Below the pieces are notes generated by a model that saw only the letters and a program-made list of their open reading frames with translations, made no database searches and had not been told where the DNA came from. This document shows, one piece after another, positions 1-9,096 of a DNA stretch of 24,000 nucleotides (position 1 is its first letter; every line of letters begins with the position of its first letter). Origin of the DNA: an uncultured Methanosarcinales archaeon (GTDB lineage: Archaea; Nanobdellota; Nanobdellia; Woesearchaeales; UBA12501); the NCBI GenBank assembly GCA_964343705.1, contig CAYFJX010000002.1:2873-26872 (forward strand), written 5' to 3'. Made by a program: the position numbers and the translations under genes.

Positions 1-75
1 TTTATGGATCTAAGATTACCTAGGTGTAGAAAGTATAAAAAGCTAACGGAAAAAATCAATGAAAGTATCTTGAAC

Positions 76-288
76 CTATCTTTTTCGTCTACGTCGTCCA
101 ACTGAGGCATGCATTGCTGCTGCTCCACGCTTAGGACCTCTTCGTGCTCGTCCGCCAAGGGTTCTTCTTCGCTTTGCAGGCACTTGTTTCTTTGTGGGTG
201 TTGAACGTGTTGCTGCTCGTCTTCGCCCACGCCTACCATGACCTTGAGGAAACCCAAAGCTTTCCAAGAACTCTTCCATAACTCCCAT
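76..288 (-). CDS. Small Arg-rich basic protein (about 70 aa), paralogous at its N-terminus to the upstream ORF
   Basis: ORF track 76..297. Internal ATG at 288 is preceded by AGGTGAG (SD-like), so 288 is the likely start. Protein begins MGVMEEFLESFGF and then has an Arg/Lys-rich tail (GRRGRRR, KRRR, RRRRKR). Confidence 0.55.
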   Translation of the reverse strand: MGVMEEFLESFGFPQGHGRRGRRRAATRSTPTKKQVPAKRRRTLGGRARRGPKRGAAAMHASVGRRRRKR

Positions 289-301
289 GCTACTCACCTG
301 T

Positions 302-508
302 TTATGTTTTTATGATTATAACTGTTTTCTTACCGCCTCTCTTACGGCCGTGTCTTCCACCATGAGCTTTCCACTTCTTGTGCTTTTTCCAGTAAGGACA
401 ACCACAATGTGAACCTTTGCCATGACCACATTTCTTCCCATATCTTTTATGGTATCGTGGTTTTACATTAAATCCAAATCCTTCAAGGAATTCATGGACA
501 ATACCCAT
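302..508 (-). CDS. Small His/Lys/Gly-rich basic protein (68 aa) with a Cys cluster
   Basis: ORF MGIVHEFLEGFGF... with KKCGHGKGSHCGCPYW. TATA-like TATAAAAAG (minus-strand promoter) at 532..540 is about 24 nt upstream of the ATG, consistent with a leaderless transcript. Confidence 0.6.
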   Translation of the reverse strand: MGIVHEFLEGFGFNVKPRYHKRYGKKCGHGKGSHCGCPYWKKHKKWKAHGGRHGRKRGGKKTVIIIKT

Positions 509-562
509 AACAGAAACTATAGCATGTGTTCTATAAAAAGGTATCGTTAAAAAAGAAGCAAG

Positions 563-2335
563 TTATTTTTCTTCTTTCACAATGTCAAGCTTGATATTAA
601 GCTCTTTCAATTGCTTTGTATCAATTGGATTGGGACTTCCATCCATGGGACATTGTGCAGCTTTGTTCTTAGGAAAAGCAATGACTTCACGAATGTCATG
701 TAAGCCAAGAAGTAATGCGACTACACGGTCAAACCCAATCCCCATTCCCCCATGTGGTGGTGCTCCAAACTTAAACGTGTTTAACAAGAACCCAAATTTT
801 TCCTCAAGATCTTTTTTTGTGAGGCCTATGACCTTCATGACACGTTCTTGAATTTCTGGTTTGTGAATCCTAATACTTCCTGAGGCAAGTTCGACACCAT
901 TTAAGACAAGGTCATATTGTGTGCAGTGAACATTTCCTGGATTGTCTTCTAAGTGTTTAATGTCGTCTTCTGCTGGCATGCAAAAGAGGTGGTGTGCTGG
1001 ATCCCATCGGTCTTCGTCTTCATTCCATTCATACAATGGAAAGTCTGTTACCCAGCAAAAATTGAATTCTTTTTCTTTTCCCTCAAGCAAGCCCAGATCT
1101 TGTGCAAGTTTCTGTCGCAACTTGTCAAGAACTGCATGAGTAGTTTTTATTCTATCTGCAATAAACATAAGTGTGCTTCCTGGTTTTGCACCAGTTGCAT
1201 CAATAAGCTCTTTTTGGACAGCGGGGCTTAAGAATTTAGCAATGCTGCTTTCCATGCCTGTTTCTGTGATCCGCGCCCATGCCATTCCTTTGACACCATT
1301 TTGTTGGCAAAAAGAAATATAATTATCCAATTCATTTCTGCTGAAGTCTTTTTCAGGAGCAAGACATTTTACCACTCCACCATTTGCAATAACATCAGTG
1401 AAGACTTTAAAGTCTGACTTTTTTACAATATCTGAAACATTAGTAAGAAAGAGTTCATACCTTAGGTCAGGTTTGTCAGTCCCATATTTTTCTACTGTTT
1501 CTTTAAACTTAAGACGGGGAAAAGGTGTGGGTAAATCAACACCTGCACAATCTTTGAAAATTGCTTTCATAACACCTTCACCAATAGTGTACAGGTCATC
1601 AAGATCAGGAAAACTCATTTCTAAGTCAATCTGAGTGTGTTCTGGTTGCCGGTCTGCACGTAGGTCTTCATCTCGGAGACATCGTGCAAGTTGAAAATAT
1701 CTGTCAAACCCACTTACCATGAGTATTTGTTTGTACAACTGAGGTGATTGTGGAAGTGCATAAAAGTTTCCAGGATTAACACGGCTTGGAACAACATAGT
1801 CTCGGGCTCCTTCAGGGGTTGACCTGACAAGAACAGGAGTTTCAATTTCTAGAAAGTTCTGTGATGTAAGAAAGCGTCGTGCTGCTTGTGCTGCTTTGTG
1901 ACGAATAGTAATATTTCGTTGCATGGTTGGTCGTCGCAAATCAAGAAACCTATATTTTAATCGTGTTTCATCACTTGCTAGGTTCCTGTCATCAACATCA
2001 ACGTCAATAGGAGATACATCTGCTTTGTTGTGAATAACAAGGTCTGCTACTTCTACTTCAACATCACCAGTGTACATTTTAGGATTTGCCATGCCCTCAG
2101 GACGAGGTCGGACTTTACCATGTACTTCTATGCAATCCTCACGCCGAAGGTGTTCAGCATCAGTAAACCCTTTACTCCCGGGTTCAAACACTGCCTGGGT
2201 AAGGCCGTAACGATCACGAAGATCTACAAAAATAACACCGCCATGATCTCTTCGCGTGTTTACCCAACCTTGAATACAAACATTTTTTCCAACGTCATCC
2301 TTGGTGAGCTGTTCGCACGTATGTGTTCGTTTCAT
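563..2335 (-). CDS. aspS: Aspartyl-tRNA synthetase, bacterial-type long form with a GAD-like insertion
   Basis: MKRTHTCEQLTKDDVGKNVCIQGWVNTRRDHGG; FRDED-like motif CLRDEDLRADRQPEHTQIDLEMSF; C-terminal GAPPHGGMGIGFDRVVALLLG. The track starts at 2344; ATG at 2335 matches the family N-terminus and lies about 27 nt from TATAAAG at 2362..2368. Confidence 0.95.
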   Translation of the reverse strand: MKRTHTCEQLTKDDVGKNVCIQGWVNTRRDHGGVIFVDLRDRYGLTQAVFEPGSKGFTDAEHLRREDCIEVHGKVRPRPEGMANPKMYTGDVEVEVADLVIHNKADVSPIDVDVDDRNLASDETRLKYRFLDLRRPTMQRNITIRHKAAQAARRFLTSQNFLEIETPVLVRSTPEGARDYVVPSRVNPGNFYALPQSPQLYKQILMVSGFDRYFQLARCLRDEDLRADRQPEHTQIDLEMSFPDLDDLYTIGEGVMKAIFKDCAGVDLPTPFPRLKFKETVEKYGTDKPDLRYELFLTNVSDIVKKSDFKVFTDVIANGGVVKCLAPEKDFSRNELDNYISFCQQNGVKGMAWARITETGMESSIAKFLSPAVQKELIDATGAKPGSTLMFIADRIKTTHAVLDKLRQKLAQDLGLLEGKEKEFNFCWVTDFPLYEWNEDEDRWDPAHHLFCMPAEDDIKHLEDNPGNVHCTQYDLVLNGVELASGSIRIHKPEIQERVMKVIGLTKKDLEEKFGFLLNTFKFGAPPHGGMGIGFDRVVALLLGLHDIREVIAFPKNKAAQCPMDGSPNPIDTKQLKELNIKLDIVKEEK

Positions 2336-2412
2336 ACCTGGCAAGGCTGGTGTGATTGTTTATAAAGATTGTTATGGGACGGGGTACATACATGGAACAT
2401 AGGTACTAGAAC

Positions 2413-3003
2413 TCAGATCTTCTCTTTTAATTTTAATTCAAGAACAAGGTTTTCCACTTTTTTTAACTCATATTTTATACCATCAAACTTTCGGCGTAAA
2501 TCCCCATTACGCAGTTCAAACTGAATCAGTTCATCATACAACTGAGCAATAAATTCGCGGATAGCAACTGCATCTTGATAATTTTCTTTGATGGCACTAT
2601 TAGTTGCGCGCCTCATAAGCTCGCCAATAAGATCGCACAAACCTGCAAGATAGTTTTCAACATCAACCTGTAGCTCTTCAGCTGTTGGAAGACTTTTGTC
2701 AAACACAAAAGCCAAGTATGCTGCTGCTTCGACATATTCTTGTTCTGCTACTCGAGCAAGACCAATATGGCACAAACCTGGATTCTTTTGTATGAGTTGG
2801 CGTAGTGCTGTAATATTTGCAACAAGCTCTTTATGTGCAGCTTGTGCTCGTTTTTGGTCATTGCAGTGTACAGCCGTAATAACTGTTTTTGAGCTGCGTA
2901 TTGTTTCTCGACTTTTTTGTATTACTTCTTCTCGGCGTTCTTCAAAGCAATGTAATTGCTCACGAAGTTCTGCAAAGTCTTTTGAGTTGATCAGATTAAC
3001 CAT
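2413..3003 (-). CDS. Translin-family protein
   Basis: All-helical protein with EQEYVEAAAYLAF, VDVENYLAGLCDLIGELMRRATNSAI and LRRKFDGIKYELKKVENLVLELK, matching the translin pattern. The track start at 3048 is probably too early; ATG 3003 has TATAAAAA at 3027..3034. Confidence 0.8.
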   Translation of the reverse strand: MVNLINSKDFAELREQLHCFEERREEVIQKSRETIRSSKTVITAVHCNDQKRAQAAHKELVANITALRQLIQKNPGLCHIGLARVAEQEYVEAAAYLAFVFDKSLPTAEELQVDVENYLAGLCDLIGELMRRATNSAIKENYQDAVAIREFIAQLYDELIQFELRNGDLRRKFDGIKYELKKVENLVLELKLKEKI

Positions 3004-3094
3004 AAGAGAGCACAAGTGGGGAAAGATATAAAAACATATCGTTAGCATTTATAAAACAAAATATTTAAATAGCCGACATGCCATGTGATAAATA

Positions 3095-3697
3095 ATGGCA
3101 GTTGAGGAATCCACGTTTAGAGGTATTATCCATTTCTTTGCAGATTTAGGTATTTATGATGTGGTCTTACCCTTCTTGCTTGTGTTCACCATTGTGTTTG
3201 CAGTGTTGGAAAAAACCAAGATTTTTGGCATTGAAAAAATTGGTGATAAAGAATTTCCAAAAAAGAACTTAAACTCAATAGTGGCATTTGTTGCTGCATT
3301 CTTAGTGGTTGCGTCGACACGGCTTGTGGCTGCAATCAATGAGTCAATAGCAAATGTAGTGCTTCTACTCCTTGTTTCAATCAGCTTTTTGATGTTGATT
3401 GGATCGTTTTACAAAGAAGGAGAACCTGTTGCATTGGAAGGTAAGTGGCGAAACATGTTTATGATCATCATGTTCCTTGGTGTGGTGTCAATATTCTTAC
3501 AAGCAATCAAAATCGATCAACGTGGAATAATTGAGTACGTATATGATTTTATGCGAGCAAACTGGCATACTAATTTTGGTGCTTCAGTGATATTCATTAT
3601 TCTTGTTGTTATTTTTATGGTGTGGGTAACTTCTGCTCCTGAAGGAGCGCGACCAAGTGATAGTGGAAGCAGTAGTAATGATGATCACCATCATTGA
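3095..3697 (+). CDS. Multi-pass small membrane protein, paralog 1 of 3
   Basis: 200-aa ORF with hydrophobic segments; motif DVVLPFLLVFTIVFAVLEKTKIFG shared with the next two ORFs; AT-rich TATA region AATATTTAAAT just upstream. Confidence 0.8.
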   Translation: MAVEESTFRGIIHFFADLGIYDVVLPFLLVFTIVFAVLEKTKIFGIEKIGDKEFPKKNLNSIVAFVAAFLVVASTRLVAAINESIANVVLLLLVSISFLMLIGSFYKEGEPVALEGKWRNMFMIIMFLGVVSIFLQAIKIDQRGIIEYVYDFMRANWHTNFGASVIFIILVVIFMVWVTSAPEGARPSDSGSSSNDDHHH

Positions 3698-3801
3698 ACA
3701 AGCCAAGCACCTATAATCGAAAATTTTATATAGGGAACACCCTTAAAAAGACTCAGTTGGAGTAGCACATACTCCTCACAATAAAAAAAAGAGGAAAAAG
3801 C

Positions 3802-4398
3802 ATGGCATATGGATATGGTGGAGGAGGATCATTCTTTGAGCGAGGAATTCTTGCATTAGAACGAATTGGCCTTACTGATGTCTTACTGCCTTTTATGCTG
3901 GTCTTCACATTGGTGTTTGCAGTTGCTCACAAGAGCAAAATGTTTGGTGAACACAAAAAAAATGTTGAAGTTATGATTGCTCTTATTATGGGATTGGCAG
4001 TTGTCATCCCCCATGTAACTGGTGCGTACCCTCCTGGAATGGATGTGGTAAATATTATTAATCGTGCCTTACCTAATGTGTCTTTAGTTGTTATTGCAAT
4101 TCTTATGGTTATGCTGCTTATTGGATTATTTGGTGGAACTCCCCACTGGACAGGAAGCAACATCAATGGTATTATCGCACTTATCGCGTTCGTCTTAGTT
4201 GTGTACATTTTTGGTGCTGCAGCAAACTTCTGGACCATCGCTGACAAATTCTGGTTTTTGAGTGACCCGGACACGCAAGCACTCTTAGTAGTCATCCTTG
4301 TATTCGGTATCCTTGTATACTTTATCACTAAGGAAGAAGGCACAGTTGGTGAACGAAGCATGGAACAACTTGCGAACTTGTTCAAAAAATACAAGTAA
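3802..4398 (+). CDS. Multi-pass small membrane protein, paralog 2 of 3
   Basis: 198-aa ORF; motif DVLLPFMLVFTLVFAVAHKSKMFG; SD-like GAGG upstream. Confidence 0.82.
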   Translation: MAYGYGGGGSFFERGILALERIGLTDVLLPFMLVFTLVFAVAHKSKMFGEHKKNVEVMIALIMGLAVVIPHVTGAYPPGMDVVNIINRALPNVSLVVIAILMVMLLIGLFGGTPHWTGSNINGIIALIAFVLVVYIFGAAANFWTIADKFWFLSDPDTQALLVVILVFGILVYFITKEEGTVGERSMEQLANLFKKYK

Positions 4399-4429
4399 AC
4401 AAAGTAAATAGAATAAAACGAGCTCTACA

Positions 4430-5029
4430 ATGGTCACGCTCTTACAATCAGGGATATTAGAAGCGATTCTACCTATTTTCTCTTTACTATTTGTTATGGC
4501 AGTGGTCTTTGGGGTACTGTCAGTTACAAAGCTATTTGGAGATAACAAAGGATTGCATGCTCTTCTTGCGTTTATCTTAGGTATTATGGTGTTACTCGTA
4601 CCACGAGTAACCGACCTCATAGCAACCATGATGCCTTGGTTTACCTTCTTTTTCATATTTGTAATCTTCTTACTTATTACCTACAAAATTTTTGGAGCTA
4701 CGGACGCGGATATTGCTGGTGTGCTCAAGGCAGACCGAACTATTGGATGGATAATCTTGATTATCTGTTTGATTATTGGTGCTGGTGCAGCTGCAAAAGT
4801 GTATGGGCAAACCCTACTTGATGAAGGGAGAAGCGGAGAAACAGTAGATAGAGTAATAGGTCCTGATGGAACCGAGTTAGAAGTAGTACAAGGCCCAGGA
4901 AGCAGTGCTAGTGGTGATTACGCAAGCAATGTACGAGCTGCGATATTTCACCCTAAAATTCTTGGCTTTGGCCTGTTAATGCTTATTGCTGTGCTTGCCA
5001 TGTCTGTTATGGCTATGGAGCCTAGGTAA
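4430..5029 (+). CDS. Multi-pass small membrane protein, paralog 3 of 3
   Basis: 199-aa ORF; motif ILEAILPIFSLLFVMAVVFGVLSVTKLFG; co-directional and close to paralog 2. Confidence 0.8.
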   Translation: MVTLLQSGILEAILPIFSLLFVMAVVFGVLSVTKLFGDNKGLHALLAFILGIMVLLVPRVTDLIATMMPWFTFFFIFVIFLLITYKIFGATDADIAGVLKADRTIGWIILIICLIIGAGAAAKVYGQTLLDEGRSGETVDRVIGPDGTELEVVQGPGSSASGDYASNVRAAIFHPKILGFGLLMLIAVLAMSVMAMEPR

Positions 5030-5089
5030 CTAATTATTGGACTAATTTTCTATTAGAAAGTAAAAGAAGTAAAAACAAAAAAAATCAAA

Positions 5090-5947
5090 CTATTTCTTCG
5101 CTCGGCCAGTTGCCTTAGGAGCAGCACCTTTCATTGTCTGTGTAATTCTAGACAGTTCATGCACATTCTCCATGAACCCAGGAAGAATCTTTTGAAATAC
5201 TTGCTCAAGTGCTTTAATCTCAGTGCTTACATTGGTTAAACCCTTGTCATAATCACTAATTTTGCCTAGGACACCTTCATGGAGTTTGTCAACAGTTTTA
5301 TTCAATTCTTCAATTTGTTGTTCCATTTTTGCTGTCTTGGTTTCAATCGCGTCTTTCCATTCAATAATGTGATTCACACTTTCCATGAGTTCTGCCCATT
5401 TCTCTTCAATAATTGCTTCTGCAACTTCGTGAATACGGGCTTCTCCTGGACTAATATCTTCTGACATTGGTGCGCTTGGACCTGGTTCTGGACCGCCTTG
5501 CATGCCTGCTTGCATTCCTTGTGGCATTCCTCCTGCTGCTGGAGGTGGACTACCTGGGCCACCCTGGCCACCTGGCATTGGAGCTCCTCCTGCTGGGCCT
5601 CCTGGCATAGGACTTCCGCCAGGACCACCCGGGCCTGCTTGCACAGGTGCTGGGTGTACACCAACTTTTATGTCTGCCTGATTAAAGGCATTGTTTATCT
5701 GATCAATACTATAACCAAATCGTTGCAAATTTTGTATGATTTGATTATTACTAAGTCCTTGATTACGCATGTTAACCACATGCTGGATTGGTATATCTTG
5801 TGGATTGGGCATTTTTTGACCTCCTTGAGTATCTTGTTGTAATGATTGTAGTGCCTGAATTGAATCTGGCGATGAGGGATCACCTGGATCTGTTTCAGGA
5901 TAGCCTGCTGGTTTTTTGGGTGATAATAACCGTTTTAATAATGCCAT
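5090..5947 (-). CDS. Pro/Gly-rich and coiled-coil protein with an N-terminal UBA-like mini-helical motif; possible appendage accessory protein
   Basis: 285-aa ORF: QHVVNMRNQGLSNNQIIQNLQRFGYSIDQINNAFNQ, then a long PGG/MQ-rich linker, then a heptad-like region with EEKWAELMESVNHIIEWKDAIETKTAKMEQQIEELNKTVDKL. Confidence 0.75.
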   Translation of the reverse strand: MALLKRLLSPKKPAGYPETDPGDPSSPDSIQALQSLQQDTQGGQKMPNPQDIPIQHVVNMRNQGLSNNQIIQNLQRFGYSIDQINNAFNQADIKVGVHPAPVQAGPGGPGGSPMPGGPAGGAPMPGGQGGPGSPPPAAGGMPQGMQAGMQGGPEPGPSAPMSEDISPGEARIHEVAEAIIEEKWAELMESVNHIIEWKDAIETKTAKMEQQIEELNKTVDKLHEGVLGKISDYDKGLTNVSTEIKALEQVFQKILPGFMENVHELSRITQTMKGAAPKATGRAKK

Positions 5948-5988
5948 ACTAGTTCCTCGACCTGTTATACTTTATAATGTTATATATT

Positions 5989-6525
5989 TTAGTGAATAGG
6001 AAGATTAGATGCTGTACCTGCATGTTGAGCTTGTTGTAATTCTTCAACACGAGCAAGAAGCTTGTCAAACTCTGCCCGAGTCACAAAATTCATAGGCTCC
6101 CACAAGTTAAGGTAATGCTGCATAGTCTGCACTTCATCACTTTTTGCGCAGTCTTTGAGTTCTTTAACAATAATTTTTACTTTGTCACGCAAATCAACAA
6201 ATTCAGTGCGGTAGTCTGAAAGTTCCTCTCCAAGGGCTTTTGTTTCCTTATTAGAGCCTTTACTCATCTTAAGGATGCTCTTATCACTAAGCTGTACTTT
6301 TTTTCGTAGATTAGTATATCGTTCTTCAAGCACCATAAGACGCCTTCCAAGATTAGAAAAATCTTTAGCAAGAGCTGATAAATCTTCATTTGTACCTGCT
6401 GCTGGCGCAGGCGTGTCTTTTTTACCAAAGAAACTAGGATGTTCTTTTTTAGGTTCATGCGCCTCTGCTGGCTTCTTATCACGGCCATCATGACCAGCTC
6501 CTGGCATTACAGCATTATGTTGCAT
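5989..6525 (-). CDS. Coiled-coil protein, possibly related to archaellum FlaC/D/E (ArlC/D/E) proteins
   Basis: 178-aa ORF with a long coiled coil and C-terminal YLNLWEPMNFVTRAEFDKLLARVEEL, resembling C-terminal motifs of FlaC/E-type proteins (assignment tentative). Confidence 0.6.
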   Translation of the reverse strand: MQHNAVMPGAGHDGRDKKPAEAHEPKKEHPSFFGKKDTPAPAAGTNEDLSALAKDFSNLGRRLMVLEERYTNLRKKVQLSDKSILKMSKGSNKETKALGEELSDYRTEFVDLRDKVKIIVKELKDCAKSDEVQTMQHYLNLWEPMNFVTRAEFDKLLARVEELQQAQHAGTASNLPIH

Positions 6526-6717
6526 AGTACCCCTCTTTTATGGTATTGTACCCTATGTGCCCTTCCCCCTTAGTTAGTGTGAGGCATGGGTTTTTTGTTG
6601 ATGGAGTTTGAAAATATTTATAAATCCACTTTGTTTTAGAGTATCTGACTAGATATACGAGTAGTAAACTCTTATATAAAGTTTGTTCAAAAAAAGAGTA
6701 GAAGGTAAGAACCCATC

Positions 6718-9000
6718 ATGGTAAAAGAGGTCTGGAAGCACGATATTCTACGGGAAGGAGAAGAGGTTATAGTACGATTTGACTGTTCTCACATGCTACG
6801 AACACCGTCAATAGAAGATGACGCGTTATTCATGAATAAAACAATTGAAGTACTTGCTGAAGCTGGAAATGCTACCAAAATTGTATTTTTCCAAAAACGA
6901 GATTTTGAATATGATTTTAACCAAACCCAAATCTTGCTTGAGATTGCACGATTGTTTAACACCCTGGTAAAACAAAAAGAACACTTTAGTCTTGAAGCTC
7001 TAAGCCTAGGAGGTAAAGGAAAGAAAAACATTGATGGAAGATACAACACCATTCATGGCACTATTTTTCGCATGATAAAAGAAGATCCAGTTGGTTGTTA
7101 CATTGAACTTAATCGACTGGTCCGAGTTGAACGTATTAATCTTGACAAGACCCCTGAGGGTGTGGAGGCTGAATGTGTTAAAAAATACATTGCATTACTA
7201 CGATTTATTGCTAAACAACTTGAACAAACTAAATTAATGATACTTGCACTTCCTCATCTTGCAGGGGTGCGTGTGGGTCGTCGAGATGTGTATCGAGAAA
7301 TTTTCAGGCCAGTTATTAAACCAGATTTTATGTTCACCAAACTCATGTCACAATTCCCTCATGATGGAGAAGAGATTGACAGCTACACTATTGGTGATGA
7401 GGAAATTGAAGTTACTATTTTCAAGTTTCCTGAGTCAGTCAAGTATTTGTATCACCTTATGCCTCCGGAGTTCAAATTAAACGAGGATGAGTATGACTTA
7501 CTTGACACTGCACGACGTGTTATGGCAGAACACAAACCTAAGAAGGAAGAGTTTGTAAATCCTCAACGAATGAGGGAAGTCTTCTTCCATGTTGGTCGAG
7601 ATCTTATTGAAGAACTTGCCAACTTCAAAAATCTTAAAATTACTGCAAAAAAAGTTGAGATGCTCACCAAAATTCTTGTACGGTACACTGTTGGTTTTGG
7701 TTTAATTGAAGTCCTTCTTAATGATCCTAAAATTCAAGACGTGTCAGTGAACAGCCCCTATGGTAAAATTCCAATTTTTCTAGTGCACGCTGACTACGCA
7801 GATTGTGATAGCAATATTATTCCAACACAAAACGAAGCAGAAAGTTGGGCGTCAAAACTACGGATGATCTCAGGTAGGCCTTTAGATGAAGCTAACCCCA
7901 TTCTTGATACAGAGTTAGATCTTGGATTTGCAACAGCCCGTATCTCAGTCATTTCTAAACCCCTTGACCCTACCGGACTTGCATATTCATTTAGGCGACA
8001 TAGGAACAAACCATGGACACTGCCATTGTTTATTAAATACAAGATGATCAATCCAATGGGTGCAGGGTTGCTAAGTTTCATTATTGATGGAACTCGGACA
8101 ATGCTTATTGCTGGAACACGAAGTAGTGGAAAATCCAGTTTTCTAACAGGTTTATTGATTGAAATTATGAGACGATACAGAATTATTACTGTTGAAGACA
8201 CACTGGAATTGCCTGTTGAAGCTATGCGTGATTTGGGTTTTAATATTCAAGGTTTAAAAGTTGCTTCTGGCCTTGCAAAGGGAACATCTGAAATGAGTGC
8301 TGCTGATGGGATTAGAAGTACGCTGCGTCTTGGAGACTCTTCTTTGATTGTAGGAGAAGTACGAAGTAAAGAAGCATTGGCATTGTATGAAGCTATGCGT
8401 GTTGGAGCAGCAGCTAACGTTGTTGCTGGAACAATTCATGGGGATAGCCCGTATGGTATTTTCGACAGGGTTGTAAATGATATTGGTGTTCCAAAAACTT
8501 CTTTCAAAGCAACTGACATAATCATAATTGCAAACCCTATTCGGAGCGCTGATGGTATCCACCGATTTAGAAGGGTAACTCAAATCACGGAAGTGAGAAA
8601 AACATGGGAAGATGATCCTATGTTAGAGAATGGGTTTGTTGACTTGATGAAATATGACAGTACTGCTGACGAGCTACAAGTAAGTGATGATTTGATTAAT
8701 GGTGAAAGTGAGATTTTGAAGGGCATTGCAGCTAATATTCCTGAATTTGTAGGAAACTGGGACGCGCTTTGGGAAAACATTGAGCTTCGAGCAAAATGTA
8801 AGGAAACACAAATGTTGTATGCAGAAAAAGCTGGTGATCCAGAACTTATGGAAGCTCCATTTACTATTTTGTGCAATGATCGAATGCATGTACTAACTGA
8901 TAAAGTAAAACAAGACGTCGGAAGTATGGATAGCAAACTTATTTTTACTGAGTGGGAAACTTGGTTAAAACGAACCATAAAAAAGCATATGATGACGTAG
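6718..9000 (+). CDS. Type II/IV secretion-type ATPase (archaeal GspE/TadA/PilB-like)
   Basis: 760 aa; Walker A-like GTRSSGKSSF, RIITVEDTLELP (Asp box), STLRLGDSSLIVGEVRSKEAL (Walker B region), AGTIHGDSP (His box). AGAAGG SD-like sequence upstream. Confidence 0.93.
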   Translation: MVKEVWKHDILREGEEVIVRFDCSHMLRTPSIEDDALFMNKTIEVLAEAGNATKIVFFQKRDFEYDFNQTQILLEIARLFNTLVKQKEHFSLEALSLGGKGKKNIDGRYNTIHGTIFRMIKEDPVGCYIELNRLVRVERINLDKTPEGVEAECVKKYIALLRFIAKQLEQTKLMILALPHLAGVRVGRRDVYREIFRPVIKPDFMFTKLMSQFPHDGEEIDSYTIGDEEIEVTIFKFPESVKYLYHLMPPEFKLNEDEYDLLDTARRVMAEHKPKKEEFVNPQRMREVFFHVGRDLIEELANFKNLKITAKKVEMLTKILVRYTVGFGLIEVLLNDPKIQDVSVNSPYGKIPIFLVHADYADCDSNIIPTQNEAESWASKLRMISGRPLDEANPILDTELDLGFATARISVISKPLDPTGLAYSFRRHRNKPWTLPLFIKYKMINPMGAGLLSFIIDGTRTMLIAGTRSSGKSSFLTGLLIEIMRRYRIITVEDTLELPVEAMRDLGFNIQGLKVASGLAKGTSEMSAADGIRSTLRLGDSSLIVGEVRSKEALALYEAMRVGAAANVVAGTIHGDSPYGIFDRVVNDIGVPKTSFKATDIIIIANPIRSADGIHRFRRVTQITEVRKTWEDDPMLENGFVDLMKYDSTADELQVSDDLINGESEILKGIAANIPEFVGNWDALWENIELRAKCKETQMLYAEKAGDPELMEAPFTILCNDRMHVLTDKVKQDVGSMDSKLIFTEWETWLKRTIKKHMMT

Positions 9001-9096
9001 GGAGTAACAACCTTTTTAATGGGTAAAAACACCATATAAGGAATATATAACAAATACTCTATCAAAAAAAGAGACGTACATTAAAAGAGGGTGATC

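Noticed and set aside
582-1634. Several plus-strand ORFs (582..851, 942..1139, 953..1231, 1398..1634)
   Set aside because: They lie antisense inside aspS, are short, and their translations look like reverse-strand artefacts.
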